DNA from: Pelagibacteraceae bacterium
Lineage (GTDB): Bacteria; Pseudomonadota; Alphaproteobacteria; Pelagibacterales; AG-422-B15
Assembly: GCA_038103905.1 (NCBI GenBank)
Contig: JAYNZW010000008.1
Coordinates: forward strand, 9,005-73,004
Reading direction: 5' to 3'
DNA: 64,000 nt
Position 1 is the first letter of the stretch. Every line of letters starts with the position of its first letter. A program made the translations under genes and the position numbers. The notes under the pieces were generated by a model, which saw nothing but the letters and a program-made list of their open reading frames with translations, was not told where the DNA came from and ran no database searches. Shown here piece after piece: positions 18,180-27,225 of this stretch.

Positions 18180-18388
18180 TGAAATCTAAAAATATTTTAG
18201 TCACTATAATCATCATTTTAGCAATAACTTTATCTTTTTTTCTTTATGTTAATTCTGAAGATAGATCTTTTAGAGAAAATGGCATAGTTGAAATAAAAAC
18301 AAACCTTCAAAATTATAAAATAATTCCTAAAGACAAAGGAGGCATTAAAATGCCATGTTTAGAAATTCTTGATTGTGAAAAAGAATGA
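18179..18388 (+). CDS. Small single-pass membrane protein, unknown function (in the position of the SPOR/FtsN-like gene)
   Basis: 69-aa ORF, translationally coupled on both sides (TAATG with argS, ATGA with nagZ). N-terminal TM helix ILVTIIIILAITLSFFLYV. No domain recognised. Confidence 0.5.
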   Translation: MKSKNILVTIIIILAITLSFFLYVNSEDRSFRENGIVEIKTNLQNYKIIPKDKGGIKMPCLEILDCEKE

Positions 18389-19401
18389 TTAATTGTTTGC
18401 CTTTAATATGTGGGATTAGTGGAAAAGAACTTACAAGAGAAGAGGAATATTTTTTTCAAAATTTTAATCCATGGGGCATAATCCTATTTTCTAGAAATTG
18501 TCATTCTAAAGATCAATTAAAAGAGTTGGTTAGTAATATCAGATCACTGACGCACAAAGATATTCAAATAATGATTGATCAAGAGGGTGGAAGAGTTCAT
18601 CGGTTAGTATATTCAAGTGATCTTAAATTATTCCCTGCAAGTTTTTTTGGTAAAATTTATATTCACGATAAAAAGGCAGCGAAAGAGTCTCTAATTCTTC
18701 AGTGTAAAATAATTTCTAAAGAATTAAATGATGTCGGAATTAATATTAATACTTTTCCTGTTTTGGATTTACCGAGAGATGATGAAAGTGGTGTTATTGG
18801 TGATCGATCATTTTCTCAAAATAAATTGATTACAGCTGAACTTGGAAAAATATCTATAGAAACATATATTTCAATGGGTATTAACCCTGTTATCAAGCAT
18901 ATTCCTGGGCATGGTCGAGCAAGAGTTGATAGTCATTTGGATCTTCCAATTGTAGATACAAATAATAATGAATTAATAGAGACTGATTTTTATCCATTTA
19001 AGTTTTGTAATTTTTCTAAATTAGCAATGACAGCTCATATAATATTTAGTGAAATTGACTCTGAATATCCTGCAACAATTTCAAGTAAAGTTATTAGAGA
19101 TGTAATAAGGGGGCATATAAATTTCAATGGACTTTTGATGACTGATGACATTTCTATGAAGGCTCTGAGAGGAAAAAAAGATGTACTTTCCATTGCGGCA
19201 TTGAAAGCAGGATGTGACCTTATTCTTCATTGTAATGCAGATATGGAAGAAATGCTTTCAATTGCAGAAGCTCTAGAAACTAAAATGTACAAAATAGAAT
19301 TATCAAGCAACTTGATGGAAAAGAATAATAAAAATATTGAGTTTAATATTCATGACGCAATGACAAAATTGGAGAATATAGTCACTGAGTATGTTGACTA
19401 A
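18385..19401 (+). CDS. nagZ: Beta-N-acetylhexosaminidase (GH3)
   Basis: 338-aa ORF with motifs MIDQEGGRV, KHIPGHGRA and LMTDDISM. Confidence 0.9.
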   Translation: MINCLPLICGISGKELTREEEYFFQNFNPWGIILFSRNCHSKDQLKELVSNIRSLTHKDIQIMIDQEGGRVHRLVYSSDLKLFPASFFGKIYIHDKKAAKESLILQCKIISKELNDVGININTFPVLDLPRDDESGVIGDRSFSQNKLITAELGKISIETYISMGINPVIKHIPGHGRARVDSHLDLPIVDTNNNELIETDFYPFKFCNFSKLAMTAHIIFSEIDSEYPATISSKVIRDVIRGHINFNGLLMTDDISMKALRGKKDVLSIAALKAGCDLILHCNADMEEMLSIAEALETKMYKIELSSNLMEKNNKNIEFNIHDAMTKLENIVTEYVD

Positions 19402-19461
19402 ATAGATTAGTCGTTTGAAGGCTATTAATGTATAATTAATGAGTCGAAATATATAGAAAAA

Positions 19462-20262
19462 ATGAGTGAAATATCAAATACATACGACAATAACCATCCT
19501 TACGAGTCCTTTGATAACGATGACTTAATTGTAAATTTATCAGGATATGAGGGTCCTCTTGACGTCCTTTTAGTGATGGCTAAATCTCAAAAAGTTGATC
19601 TAATGCAAATTTCAATCTTACAGTTAACTGAGCAATATTTAGTCTTTATTGCAGAAGTTAGAAAAAAAAATCTAGAACTTGCTGCTGATTACTTAGTAAT
19701 GGCTGCATGGTTAGCTTATTTAAAATCTAATCTATTGCTGCCAAGAGAAGAAACGGGTGAAGAGCTAACCGCTGAACAAATGGCAGAAAGACTCAAATTT
19801 CAACTTAAGAAATTAGAAGCCATAAGACAAGTTTCTGAAAAGCTGATGAATTTGCCTGTGTTAGGGACTAACTTTTTTAATCGTGGAATGCCCGAAGGTA
19901 TACGATTAATTAGAACTCCTGAATATTATTTAAGTTTATATGATCTTTTAAAATCATATGCTAATCAAAGGTATAAAGCAGCATATTCATCAATGACAAT
20001 TGAAAGACCAGCTGTTTATGCGATGGAAGAAGCTCTTATCAGGCTTCAAAGAATGGTAGGGACAACATTTGAGTGGACAAAATTGGAAAATTTCTTACCA
20101 CCAGAGTTTTCAAGGGGTAAAAATGCAAGATCAGGTGTAGCAGGTACATTAGCTGCGGCAATGGAATTAGTTAGGGAAGGCGTAGTTGAGGTACAGCAAA
20201 TGTCTCCATTTGGACAAGTATATATTAAAAATAAAAATAATAATGAAGAGGTTGTAGGCTAA
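19462..20262 (+). CDS. scpA: Segregation and condensation protein A
   Basis: 266-aa ORF. ScpA pattern GYEGPLDVLLVMAKSQKVDLMQISILQLTEQY. Lies upstream of scpB. Confidence 0.9.
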   Translation: MSEISNTYDNNHPYESFDNDDLIVNLSGYEGPLDVLLVMAKSQKVDLMQISILQLTEQYLVFIAEVRKKNLELAADYLVMAAWLAYLKSNLLLPREETGEELTAEQMAERLKFQLKKLEAIRQVSEKLMNLPVLGTNFFNRGMPEGIRLIRTPEYYLSLYDLLKSYANQRYKAAYSSMTIERPAVYAMEEALIRLQRMVGTTFEWTKLENFLPPEFSRGKNARSGVAGTLAAAMELVREGVVEVQQMSPFGQVYIKNKNNNEEVVG

Positions 20263-20265
20263 TCT

Positions 20266-20949
20266 ATGAGCAAAGACATTCCTATCAATAATATTGCTGA
20301 TTTTCCATCTGAACATAGGGACAACTTAAGAATCTTAGAGGCTTTATTATTTGCTGCAAATGAACCGTTAGACTCAGAAAGCTTGAAAGCCAGGTTACCT
20401 AAAGATGCCAACTTAAATAAGTTGTTAAATCTTCTAAAGGCCCAATATGAAAACCGTGGCGTTAATCTTGTTAAAACTGGTAAGAAGTGGAGTTTGAAAA
20501 CTGCACAAGATCTCGCACCGATGATGAAAAAAGAGAAAATTGTTCAGAGAAAACTATCTAAAGCAGCCACAGAAACCCTTGCAATAATCGCTTACCATCA
20601 GCCCGTTACAAGAGCTGAGGTTGAGGATATTAGAGGAGTACAATTTAGCCCGGGAACTTTGGATATCTTGATGGAATTGAATTGGGTTAGACCGATTGGT
20701 AGAAAAAAAGTTCCTGGAAGTCCTATCATCTATGGGACAACTGATTTCTTTCTTGAATACTTTGGTTTGGAACAAGTAACAGATCTTCCGGGTCTCGAAG
20801 AACTGAAGGCATCAGGTCTATTAGAAAGTAGGCTACCTGCAAACTTAGATATTGCTGAACCTAAAGAAATGGATCTTTCAGAAGTAGAGCCATTTGGCGA
20901 AGATGAAAATATCGAAGACCTGATCCAAAGTGGCAATGAATCTGAATAA
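20266..20949 (+). CDS. scpB: Segregation and condensation protein B
   Basis: 227-aa ORF. Patterns LEALLFAANEPL and TLAIIAYHQPVTRAEVEDIRGV. Acidic C-terminal tail. Confidence 0.9.
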   Translation: MSKDIPINNIADFPSEHRDNLRILEALLFAANEPLDSESLKARLPKDANLNKLLNLLKAQYENRGVNLVKTGKKWSLKTAQDLAPMMKKEKIVQRKLSKAATETLAIIAYHQPVTRAEVEDIRGVQFSPGTLDILMELNWVRPIGRKKVPGSPIIYGTTDFFLEYFGLEQVTDLPGLEELKASGLLESRLPANLDIAEPKEMDLSEVEPFGEDENIEDLIQSGNESE

Positions 20950-21026
20950 TTAACTCAGAAAATTCAACTTTTTAGAAAACTATATAAAATCAGCATGTTA
21001 TAAATATGTTTTTTTCACTTTTGTTA

Positions 21027-21056
21027 TTGATAATCATTATCAATTATATATATAAT
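21027..21056 (+). promoter_or_regulatory. Fur box overlapping a sigma70-type promoter of the ferric ABC transporter operon
   Basis: TTGATAATCATTATCAA (21027-21043) is a perfect 8-1-8 palindrome containing GATAATCATTATC of the classical Fur box. It overlaps -35 TTGATA. A -10 TATAAT (21051-21056) follows after an 18-nt spacer, 34 nt before the fbpA ATG. Confidence 0.7.
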
Positions 21057-21090
21057 TCTGCAAATTAGAATTATTATAAGAAAAAAAACA

Positions 21091-22116
21091 ATGAATTTTA
21101 AATCAATATCAATTGCACTAATATTTAGTTTCATTTCAAGCATGGTTTTTGCAAATGAAGTAAATGTGTATACATCGAGACACTATGACTCTGATGCAGA
21201 GTTATACTCAAATTTTACATCTGATACTGGAATAAAAGTTAATATCATTTCAGGTAAAGGTAAGGCTTTAATGGAAAGATTAAATTCTGAAGGCGCGAAT
21301 TCACCTGCAGACGTTTTTATAACTGTTGATGCAGGAAACTTATGGAAGGTGCAGAAGGATGGAATGTTCCAAAGTATTTCTTCAAATGTTGTAGACTCTG
21401 TAGTTCCTGCAAATTTAAGAGGACCTAACGATGAATGGGTTGCAATAGCAAAACGTTCAAGAGTAATTTATTACAATCCAGTTACTGTTTCCACCGATGA
21501 AATAGAAAACCTTGCTTATGAAGATCTGGCTGATCCAAAATGGATGGGTAGAATTGCAATACGAAGCTCAGGAAATATGTACAACCAATCTCTTGTAGCT
21601 TCATTAATTTCTAATAATGGTATTTCAAAAACAGAAAAATGGGCACACCGTTTTGTTGGTAATTTTGCGAGAAAACCAGAAGGCAATGACAGGGCTCAAA
21701 TTATGGCCGTTGCTAATGGAGAAGCTGATATTGCAATCGCAAATAGTTACTATATCGGTTTAATGCTTTCAGGTAAAAAAGGTGATGAACAACGAGCGGC
21801 TGCAAGAAAAGTAAATTTACATTTCCCTAGTCAGGCTGGAAGAGGTGCACACATTAATGTCAGTGGTGTTGGCCTAATGAAAAATTCTCCGAATAAAGCT
21901 AACGCTGTAAAGTTTATAGAGTTTTTATTATCTGATACAGCTCAAGAGCACATTGTAAATAATACTTATGAATATCCATTAAGTGCAAATGTTGCTCCAA
22001 GTGATTTAATCGCGCAATTTGGAACTGGCTTCAAAGAAGACCAAACTTCTGTTGCAGATTATGGAAAATTCAATCCAGACGCGGTCAAGCTTATGGATCG
22101 AGTAGGTTGGCAATAG
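21091..22116 (+). CDS. fbpA: Fe(3+) ABC transporter periplasmic substrate-binding protein
   Basis: 341-aa ORF with signal peptide (ISIALIFSFISSMVFA|NE). Ferric-binding-protein family pattern VNVYTSRHYDSD. Followed by fused permease and ATPase genes, with a Fur box upstream. Confidence 0.75.
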   Translation: MNFKSISIALIFSFISSMVFANEVNVYTSRHYDSDAELYSNFTSDTGIKVNIISGKGKALMERLNSEGANSPADVFITVDAGNLWKVQKDGMFQSISSNVVDSVVPANLRGPNDEWVAIAKRSRVIYYNPVTVSTDEIENLAYEDLADPKWMGRIAIRSSGNMYNQSLVASLISNNGISKTEKWAHRFVGNFARKPEGNDRAQIMAVANGEADIAIANSYYIGLMLSGKKGDEQRAAARKVNLHFPSQAGRGAHINVSGVGLMKNSPNKANAVKFIEFLLSDTAQEHIVNNTYEYPLSANVAPSDLIAQFGTGFKEDQTSVADYGKFNPDAVKLMDRVGWQ

Positions 22117-22135
22117 CAGCATAGTTGCTAACTTT

Positions 22136-22195
22136 GGGCTATCTAGCTTCCTCATCATAATTAATCCTAAATTGATTTTGACGACTAGATAGCCC
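22136..22195 (+). promoter_or_regulatory. Intercistronic stem-loop between fbpA and fbpB (11-bp perfect inverted repeat, 38-nt loop, no T-tract)
   Basis: GGGCTATCTAG (22136-22146) pairs with CTAGATAGCCC (22185-22195). The position after a binding-protein gene suggests an mRNA stabiliser, processing site or attenuator. Confidence 0.5.
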
Positions 22196-22257
22196 TAATA
22201 AATTCATAATTTTTCTTAAATCCTTGAAATAATATATTTTAAAGAATACTTATTCAT

Positions 22258-23880
22258 ATGTTTCAAAAATATCTTAATGCTTGGTCCTTTTTTCCAGTTG
22301 TATGTTTTATTTTTTTTATCACACCAGTAATAATAGTAATTTCAAGTTTATTTGGTGATTATTCAGATAATTGGACACATCTTTATAACTATGTTTTGGG
22401 TTCATATATTAGAAATTCTATATATCTAGTCTCAGGAGTATTAATTTTAGTTACCATAATTGGTGTTTCATCAGCTTGGCTTGTAACTAATTATGATTTC
22501 TTCGGTAAAAATATTTTAGAATGGGCACTCATTCTCCCTCTTGCAGTTCCACCTTATATTCTTGCTTACACTTTCACTGGCCTATTTGATACTTATGGCA
22601 CAGCAAATAATTTAATAAGAGAAATATTTAATCTGAGTAGAGAGTTTACCTTTTTTCCAAAAGTTCGTAATGTTCCTGGCGCCATTATTGTTTTTTCATT
22701 TACTTTATATCCATATGTTTACCTTGTATCGAGAATGGCTTTTATTAATCAGTCTAAATCAATTTTGGAAGCAGGAAGAACACTTGGCTTAAATAAAATT
22801 GAAGTTTTTTATAAACTGGCTGTTCCAATGATAAGACCTGCAGTTATTGCTGGGCTGATGTTGGTTGCGATGGAAACTCTCTCTGATTTTGGTGCAGTTG
22901 ATCATTTTGCTATTTCAACATTTACTACTGGTATTTTTAGAACATGGTACGGCATGTACGATATTCACACTGCAAAACAACTTGCCTCGTTACTTTTAAT
23001 CGTTGCAATTATGTTTATTATTGCTGAAAAATATTCAAGAAAAAATGCCGACTATTCTTTCGCTGGCTCAGTATTTAGACAACTGCGCTTGATACAGCTT
23101 ACTGGATTTAAAAACTTTTTTGCATTTTTGTTTTGCTTTATTCCAATTTTTATTGGTTTTATTTTACCTATATTGGAATTATCTTACTGGGCGTTTAATT
23201 ATAAATTAGATTTTTTTAATGAAAAATTTATTACCACAGCATGGAATAGTTTTTACCTTGCTATTATTTCAGCACTTTTATGTACATGTCTCGCACTTTT
23301 TATAAATTTTTCAGTTAGATACAAAAATAATAATTTATTAAAATTTCTTAGCTCTTTTTTAACAGTTGGATATGCAGTTCCTGGAATAATTTTAGCAATA
23401 GGCGTTATGCAATTACTAACATTTCTAGATGCAAGTTTTATTGGAAAAAATTTGAAATTCATACTAACTGGAAGTTTAATAGGTTTGATTATTGCATACA
23501 TAATCAAATCTTATGCTCTTGCCAGTTCAACAATAGAGTCTGGATACCAAAGAGTAAATATGAGATTAGATGATGTCGCAAAGTCATTAAAAAGTTCAGG
23601 GTGGTCACTTCTAGGATCAGTTCATTTACCACTTTTAAAGACGAGTTTTCTCACAAGTATTTTATTAGTAGTTTCTGAAGTTATTAAGGAGTTACCAGCT
23701 ACTCTTATACTGAGGCCATTTAACTTTGATACATTGGCTGTTTATACTTATATATATGCTGCTGAAGAGAGAATGTATGATGCGGCTGCACCTTCAATAG
23801 CTATTGTAATGATCGGCTTGCTCCCAATAATTGTATTGACTAGGATGATTAGAAGATCTAGACCTGCTAGTAGAGATTAA
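22258..23880 (+). CDS. fbpB: Fe(3+) ABC transporter permease (two fused permease modules)
   Basis: 540-aa polytopic ORF with two EAA-type loops (LEAGRTLGLNKIEVFYKLAVP; DDVAKSLKSSGWSLLGSVHLP). Confidence 0.8.
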   Translation: MFQKYLNAWSFFPVVCFIFFITPVIIVISSLFGDYSDNWTHLYNYVLGSYIRNSIYLVSGVLILVTIIGVSSAWLVTNYDFFGKNILEWALILPLAVPPYILAYTFTGLFDTYGTANNLIREIFNLSREFTFFPKVRNVPGAIIVFSFTLYPYVYLVSRMAFINQSKSILEAGRTLGLNKIEVFYKLAVPMIRPAVIAGLMLVAMETLSDFGAVDHFAISTFTTGIFRTWYGMYDIHTAKQLASLLLIVAIMFIIAEKYSRKNADYSFAGSVFRQLRLIQLTGFKNFFAFLFCFIPIFIGFILPILELSYWAFNYKLDFFNEKFITTAWNSFYLAIISALLCTCLALFINFSVRYKNNNLLKFLSSFLTVGYAVPGIILAIGVMQLLTFLDASFIGKNLKFILTGSLIGLIIAYIIKSYALASSTIESGYQRVNMRLDDVAKSLKSSGWSLLGSVHLPLLKTSFLTSILLVVSEVIKELPATLILRPFNFDTLAVYTYIYAAEERMYDAAAPSIAIVMIGLLPIIVLTRMIRRSRPASRD

Positions 23881-23881
23881 T

Positions 23882-24607
23882 ATGGCAACACTTGAAATTA
23901 AAAATTTAAATCATCACTATATTAAAGGTAAGCCTGTGTTGAATAATATAGATTTTAATCTGAAGGAGGGTGAAATATTGTCAATATTAGGACCTTCTGG
24001 TTGTGGTAAAACTACATTATTAAGAATAATAGCTGGTCTCGAAAAAGAGACAAGTGGAAGCATACAAATAAATAATACTATTGTTTCAGATCATTTTCAT
24101 ACCATGCCTACAGAAAGAAGAAATATTGGTCTAGTTGTACAAGAGCGTGCATTATTTCCACACATGTCAATTATAAAAAATGTAATGTTTGGATTAAATT
24201 TTAGTAATTCAAAAAAACACCAAATAGCTATGACTTTCTTAAAATTATTTAAAGTTGATAAGTATGCTCATAATTTCCCAAATGAGATATCAAGTGGAGA
24301 ACAACAAAGAGTAGCGATAGCTAGAGCTATGGCTCCAAATCCAAAGATCTTACTTATGGACGAACCCTTTGGAACCCTTGATCATTCTCTTACAAACCAA
24401 TTAAGAATAGAAACAAAAAAAATATTGAAAGATAATAAGACGACTGCAATTATTGTATCGCATGATTTTGATGATGCCATTTCTATGTCTGATAGAGTAA
24501 TTGTTATTGAAGATGGAAGCATTAAACAGCACGGATCTGCTAATGATATAACTAATATATCAAGAGAAAAATCAATAGATTTCAGTAGTATAAGTGAGAA
24601 ATCTTAA
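23882..24607 (+). CDS. fbpC: Fe(3+) ABC transporter ATP-binding protein (nucleotide-binding domain only)
   Basis: 241-aa ORF. Walker A GPSGCGKTT, signature ISSGEQQRVAIARA, Walker B LLMDEPFGTLD, H-loop IVSHD. No C-terminal regulatory domain. Confidence 0.8.
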   Translation: MATLEIKNLNHHYIKGKPVLNNIDFNLKEGEILSILGPSGCGKTTLLRIIAGLEKETSGSIQINNTIVSDHFHTMPTERRNIGLVVQERALFPHMSIIKNVMFGLNFSNSKKHQIAMTFLKLFKVDKYAHNFPNEISSGEQQRVAIARAMAPNPKILLMDEPFGTLDHSLTNQLRIETKKILKDNKTTAIIVSHDFDDAISMSDRVIVIEDGSIKQHGSANDITNISREKSIDFSSISEKS

Positions 24608-24669
24608 TTATATTCTTTAAATAGTATTTTTTTATATATAATAAGACTTGAGATCTTAGAGAGGACCAT

Positions 24670-24855
24670 ATGGGAATTAGTTTCTGGCAAATTTTAATCG
24701 TTGTTGCACTCTTAGTCATTCTTTTTGGAAGAGGTAAAATTTCTGAACTGATGGGTGACGTTGCTAAAGGTGTAAAGAGTTTTAAAAAAGGCATCAATGA
24801 TGACGATGAGCCCAATTCAATAAATAAATCTGAAGACAACTCCAATAAAGATTAA
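24670..24855 (+). CDS. tatA: Twin-arginine translocase subunit TatA
   Basis: 61-aa ORF with TM followed by amphipathic helix: [36 protein letters not shown]. Confidence 0.9.
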   Translation: MGISFWQILIVVALLVILFGRGKISELMGDVAKGVKSFKKGINDDDEPNSINKSEDNSNKD

Positions 24856-24870
24856 AAACAGTTAATTATC

Positions 24871-25167
24871 ATGTTACCTGGAATCGGTGGAGTTGAATAC
24901 TTAGTAATCGCTGCATTAATAATTATTTTTGTAGGTCCTAAAGATTTACCTGCTATTTTAAGAAACCTTGGGCGATGGTGGGGTAAAATTAGAAATATAT
25001 CAAGAGAGTTTAAATCAAGCATTAATTCAATTGCTAATGAAGCTGATATTGATGATATTAAAAAAAATATTGAAACTGTTGATCCAAAAAGTTTCACAGA
25101 TGAAATGAGAGATAGCATAAACCAATCAATTATCGATGATGAAAAAAATAAAAGTAATAAAGATTGA
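24871..25167 (+). CDS. tatB: Twin-arginine translocase subunit TatB
   Basis: 98-aa ORF beginning GGVEYLVIAALIIIFVGPKDLPAILRNLGRWWGKIR. Lies between tatA and tatC. Confidence 0.85.
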   Translation: MLPGIGGVEYLVIAALIIIFVGPKDLPAILRNLGRWWGKIRNISREFKSSINSIANEADIDDIKKNIETVDPKSFTDEMRDSINQSIIDDEKNKSNKD

Positions 25168-25170
25168 TTA

Positions 25171-25947
25171 ATGAAAGCTGAGTCAGAAAATATCAATGAT
25201 AGCAAGCAACCAATAATTCAACATTTAATTGAATTACGTAAACGTCTTATTAAATCACTTGTCTTAATTTCCATATTATTTGTAATTTCTTATATATTTG
25301 CAGATACAATATATAACTTCTTAGTTCAACCTTATGCTAATGCAGTTGAAGGAGAAGAAGGAAGAAGATTAATTTTTACAGCTCTTCATGAAACTTTTTT
25401 TACTTATCTAAAGGTTGCGCTTTTTGCATCATTATTTTTGTCCTTGCCATATGTATTGACACAAATTTGGATTTTCATAGCACCAGGATTATACAAAAAT
25501 GAAAAGACGGTTGTCATACCTTATTTGGTTGCAACGCCATTACTTTTCTTATTAGGATCAGCTTTAGTTTATTACTTTATTATGCCTCTAGCGATTAAGT
25601 TCTTTTTATCTTTTGAATCGATAGGAGGCAATGGAGCTTTACCAATACAATTAGAAGCAAAAGTAAACGAATATTTAAGTCTAATTATGAGACTTATTTT
25701 TGCTTTTGGGCTAAGTTTTCAGTTGCCAATATTGTTAACTTTGCTTGCAAGAGTAGGATTTGTTTCTAGTAAAGGACTTAAAAAAAACAGAAAGTTTGTA
25801 ATTGTTGGTGTATTTGCAGCAGCAGCAATTTTGACTCCTCCAGATCCAATTTCGCAGATTGGACTAGGAATTCCAATACTTTTGCTTTATGAACTATCAA
25901 TATTTGCTGTTCAATTTATTGAAAAAAAAAGGGTAGAAAAAGAATAA
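25171..25947 (+). CDS. tatC: Twin-arginine translocase subunit TatC
   Basis: 258-aa six-TM ORF with TatC N-terminal pattern PIIQHLIELRKRLIKSL. Operon position after tatAB. Confidence 0.9.
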   Translation: MKAESENINDSKQPIIQHLIELRKRLIKSLVLISILFVISYIFADTIYNFLVQPYANAVEGEEGRRLIFTALHETFFTYLKVALFASLFLSLPYVLTQIWIFIAPGLYKNEKTVVIPYLVATPLLFLLGSALVYYFIMPLAIKFFLSFESIGGNGALPIQLEAKVNEYLSLIMRLIFAFGLSFQLPILLTLLARVGFVSSKGLKKNRKFVIVGVFAAAAILTPPDPISQIGLGIPILLLYELSIFAVQFIEKKRVEKE

Positions 25948-25950
25948 ACA

Positions 25951-27216
25951 ATGTTTGATATTAAAAAGATTAGAGAAAATCCAGAAGATTTTGATAAATC
26001 TCTTTCTAAGAGAAATTATGATCCGATTTCAAAAGATATTTTAGATCTTGATAAAAAAAATAGAGATCTGATTGCTGATCTTCAGTCTATTCAAGAAGAA
26101 AGAAATCTAAAGTCAAAAAAAATTGGCGAACTTTCTGCTTCAGGACAAGGAACAGAAGCTTCAAAACTAAAGGATGAAGTTTCAAGCCTAAAATCAAGGA
26201 TGCAAGATTTAGAATCTGCTCAGAAAGATGCCCAGGATGCTTTGAATAATGTTCTGGCTAGAATACCCAATCTTCCTCATGAAACTGTTCCAGTTGGAGA
26301 TGAGTCAAAAAATAAAGAAATTAAATTAATTGGTAATAAAAAAGATTTCAATTTCGAGCTTAAAGAGCACTTTGATATTGGAGAGGACCTAGGACTAATG
26401 AGTTTTGAGGATGCAGCAAATATTTCTGGTGCTAGATTTGTAATACAAAAGGGAATGCTATCAAAACTAGAGAGATCTATATCTAATTTTATGTTAGACC
26501 TGCATACTCTAGAATTTGGATATGAAGAGGTCAATGTCCCTATTCTTGTAAGAAGTGAAGCACTTTATGGAACAGGGAATCTCCCAAAGTTTGAAGAAGA
26601 TCTTTTTAAAACAACAAATGATTATTTTTTAATACCTACTGCAGAAGTACCATTATCAAATTTAACTAGGGGAAAAGTATTAGATATAGCAGATTTACCA
26701 AAAAGATTTGTATCTCATACACCATGCTTTAGATCAGAAGCTGGTGCAGCTGGCAAGGATACAAGAGGTATTATGCGTCAGCATCAATTTTATAAAGTTG
26801 AATTGGTAAGTCTTACGTCTGAAGATAAATCTGAAGATGAGCACGAAAGAATGCTCAGTTGTGCAGAAGAGGTTTTAAAAAAATTAGATCTTCATTATAG
26901 AGTAGTAGTTTTATCCTCAGAAGATATGGGTTTTTCTGCCCAAAAAACATACGATATTGAAGTTTGGCTTCCTGGTCAAAAAGCATACAGAGAAATATCT
27001 AGTTGCTCCAACTGTGGAAATTTTCAAGCTAGACGAATGAATTCACGTTATAAAGATGGAAAAGCTACAAAGTTTTTGCATACATTAAATGGCTCAGGTC
27101 TCGCAGTAGGACGAACTTTGATAGCTATAATGGAGAATTATCAAAATTCTGATGGTTCAATTGAAGTCCCGAGTGCATTACAATCTTATATGAATAATCA
27201 GAAAACTATATCTTGA
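25951..27216 (+). CDS. serS: Serine--tRNA ligase
   Basis: 421-aa ORF. N-terminal coiled-coil arm and class-II core (TPCFRSEAG, GSGLAVGRTLIAIMENYQ). Confidence 0.95.
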   Translation: MFDIKKIRENPEDFDKSLSKRNYDPISKDILDLDKKNRDLIADLQSIQEERNLKSKKIGELSASGQGTEASKLKDEVSSLKSRMQDLESAQKDAQDALNNVLARIPNLPHETVPVGDESKNKEIKLIGNKKDFNFELKEHFDIGEDLGLMSFEDAANISGARFVIQKGMLSKLERSISNFMLDLHTLEFGYEEVNVPILVRSEALYGTGNLPKFEEDLFKTTNDYFLIPTAEVPLSNLTRGKVLDIADLPKRFVSHTPCFRSEAGAAGKDTRGIMRQHQFYKVELVSLTSEDKSEDEHERMLSCAEEVLKKLDLHYRVVVLSSEDMGFSAQKTYDIEVWLPGQKAYREISSCSNCGNFQARRMNSRYKDGKATKFLHTLNGSGLAVGRTLIAIMENYQNSDGSIEVPSALQSYMNNQKTIS

Positions 27217-27225
27217 TTTTTGATT

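Noticed and set aside
24852-25205. 117-aa minus-strand ORF antisense to tatB
   Set aside because: It has no recognisable motifs and fully overlaps tatB, whose order and motifs fit the conserved tatABC operon.
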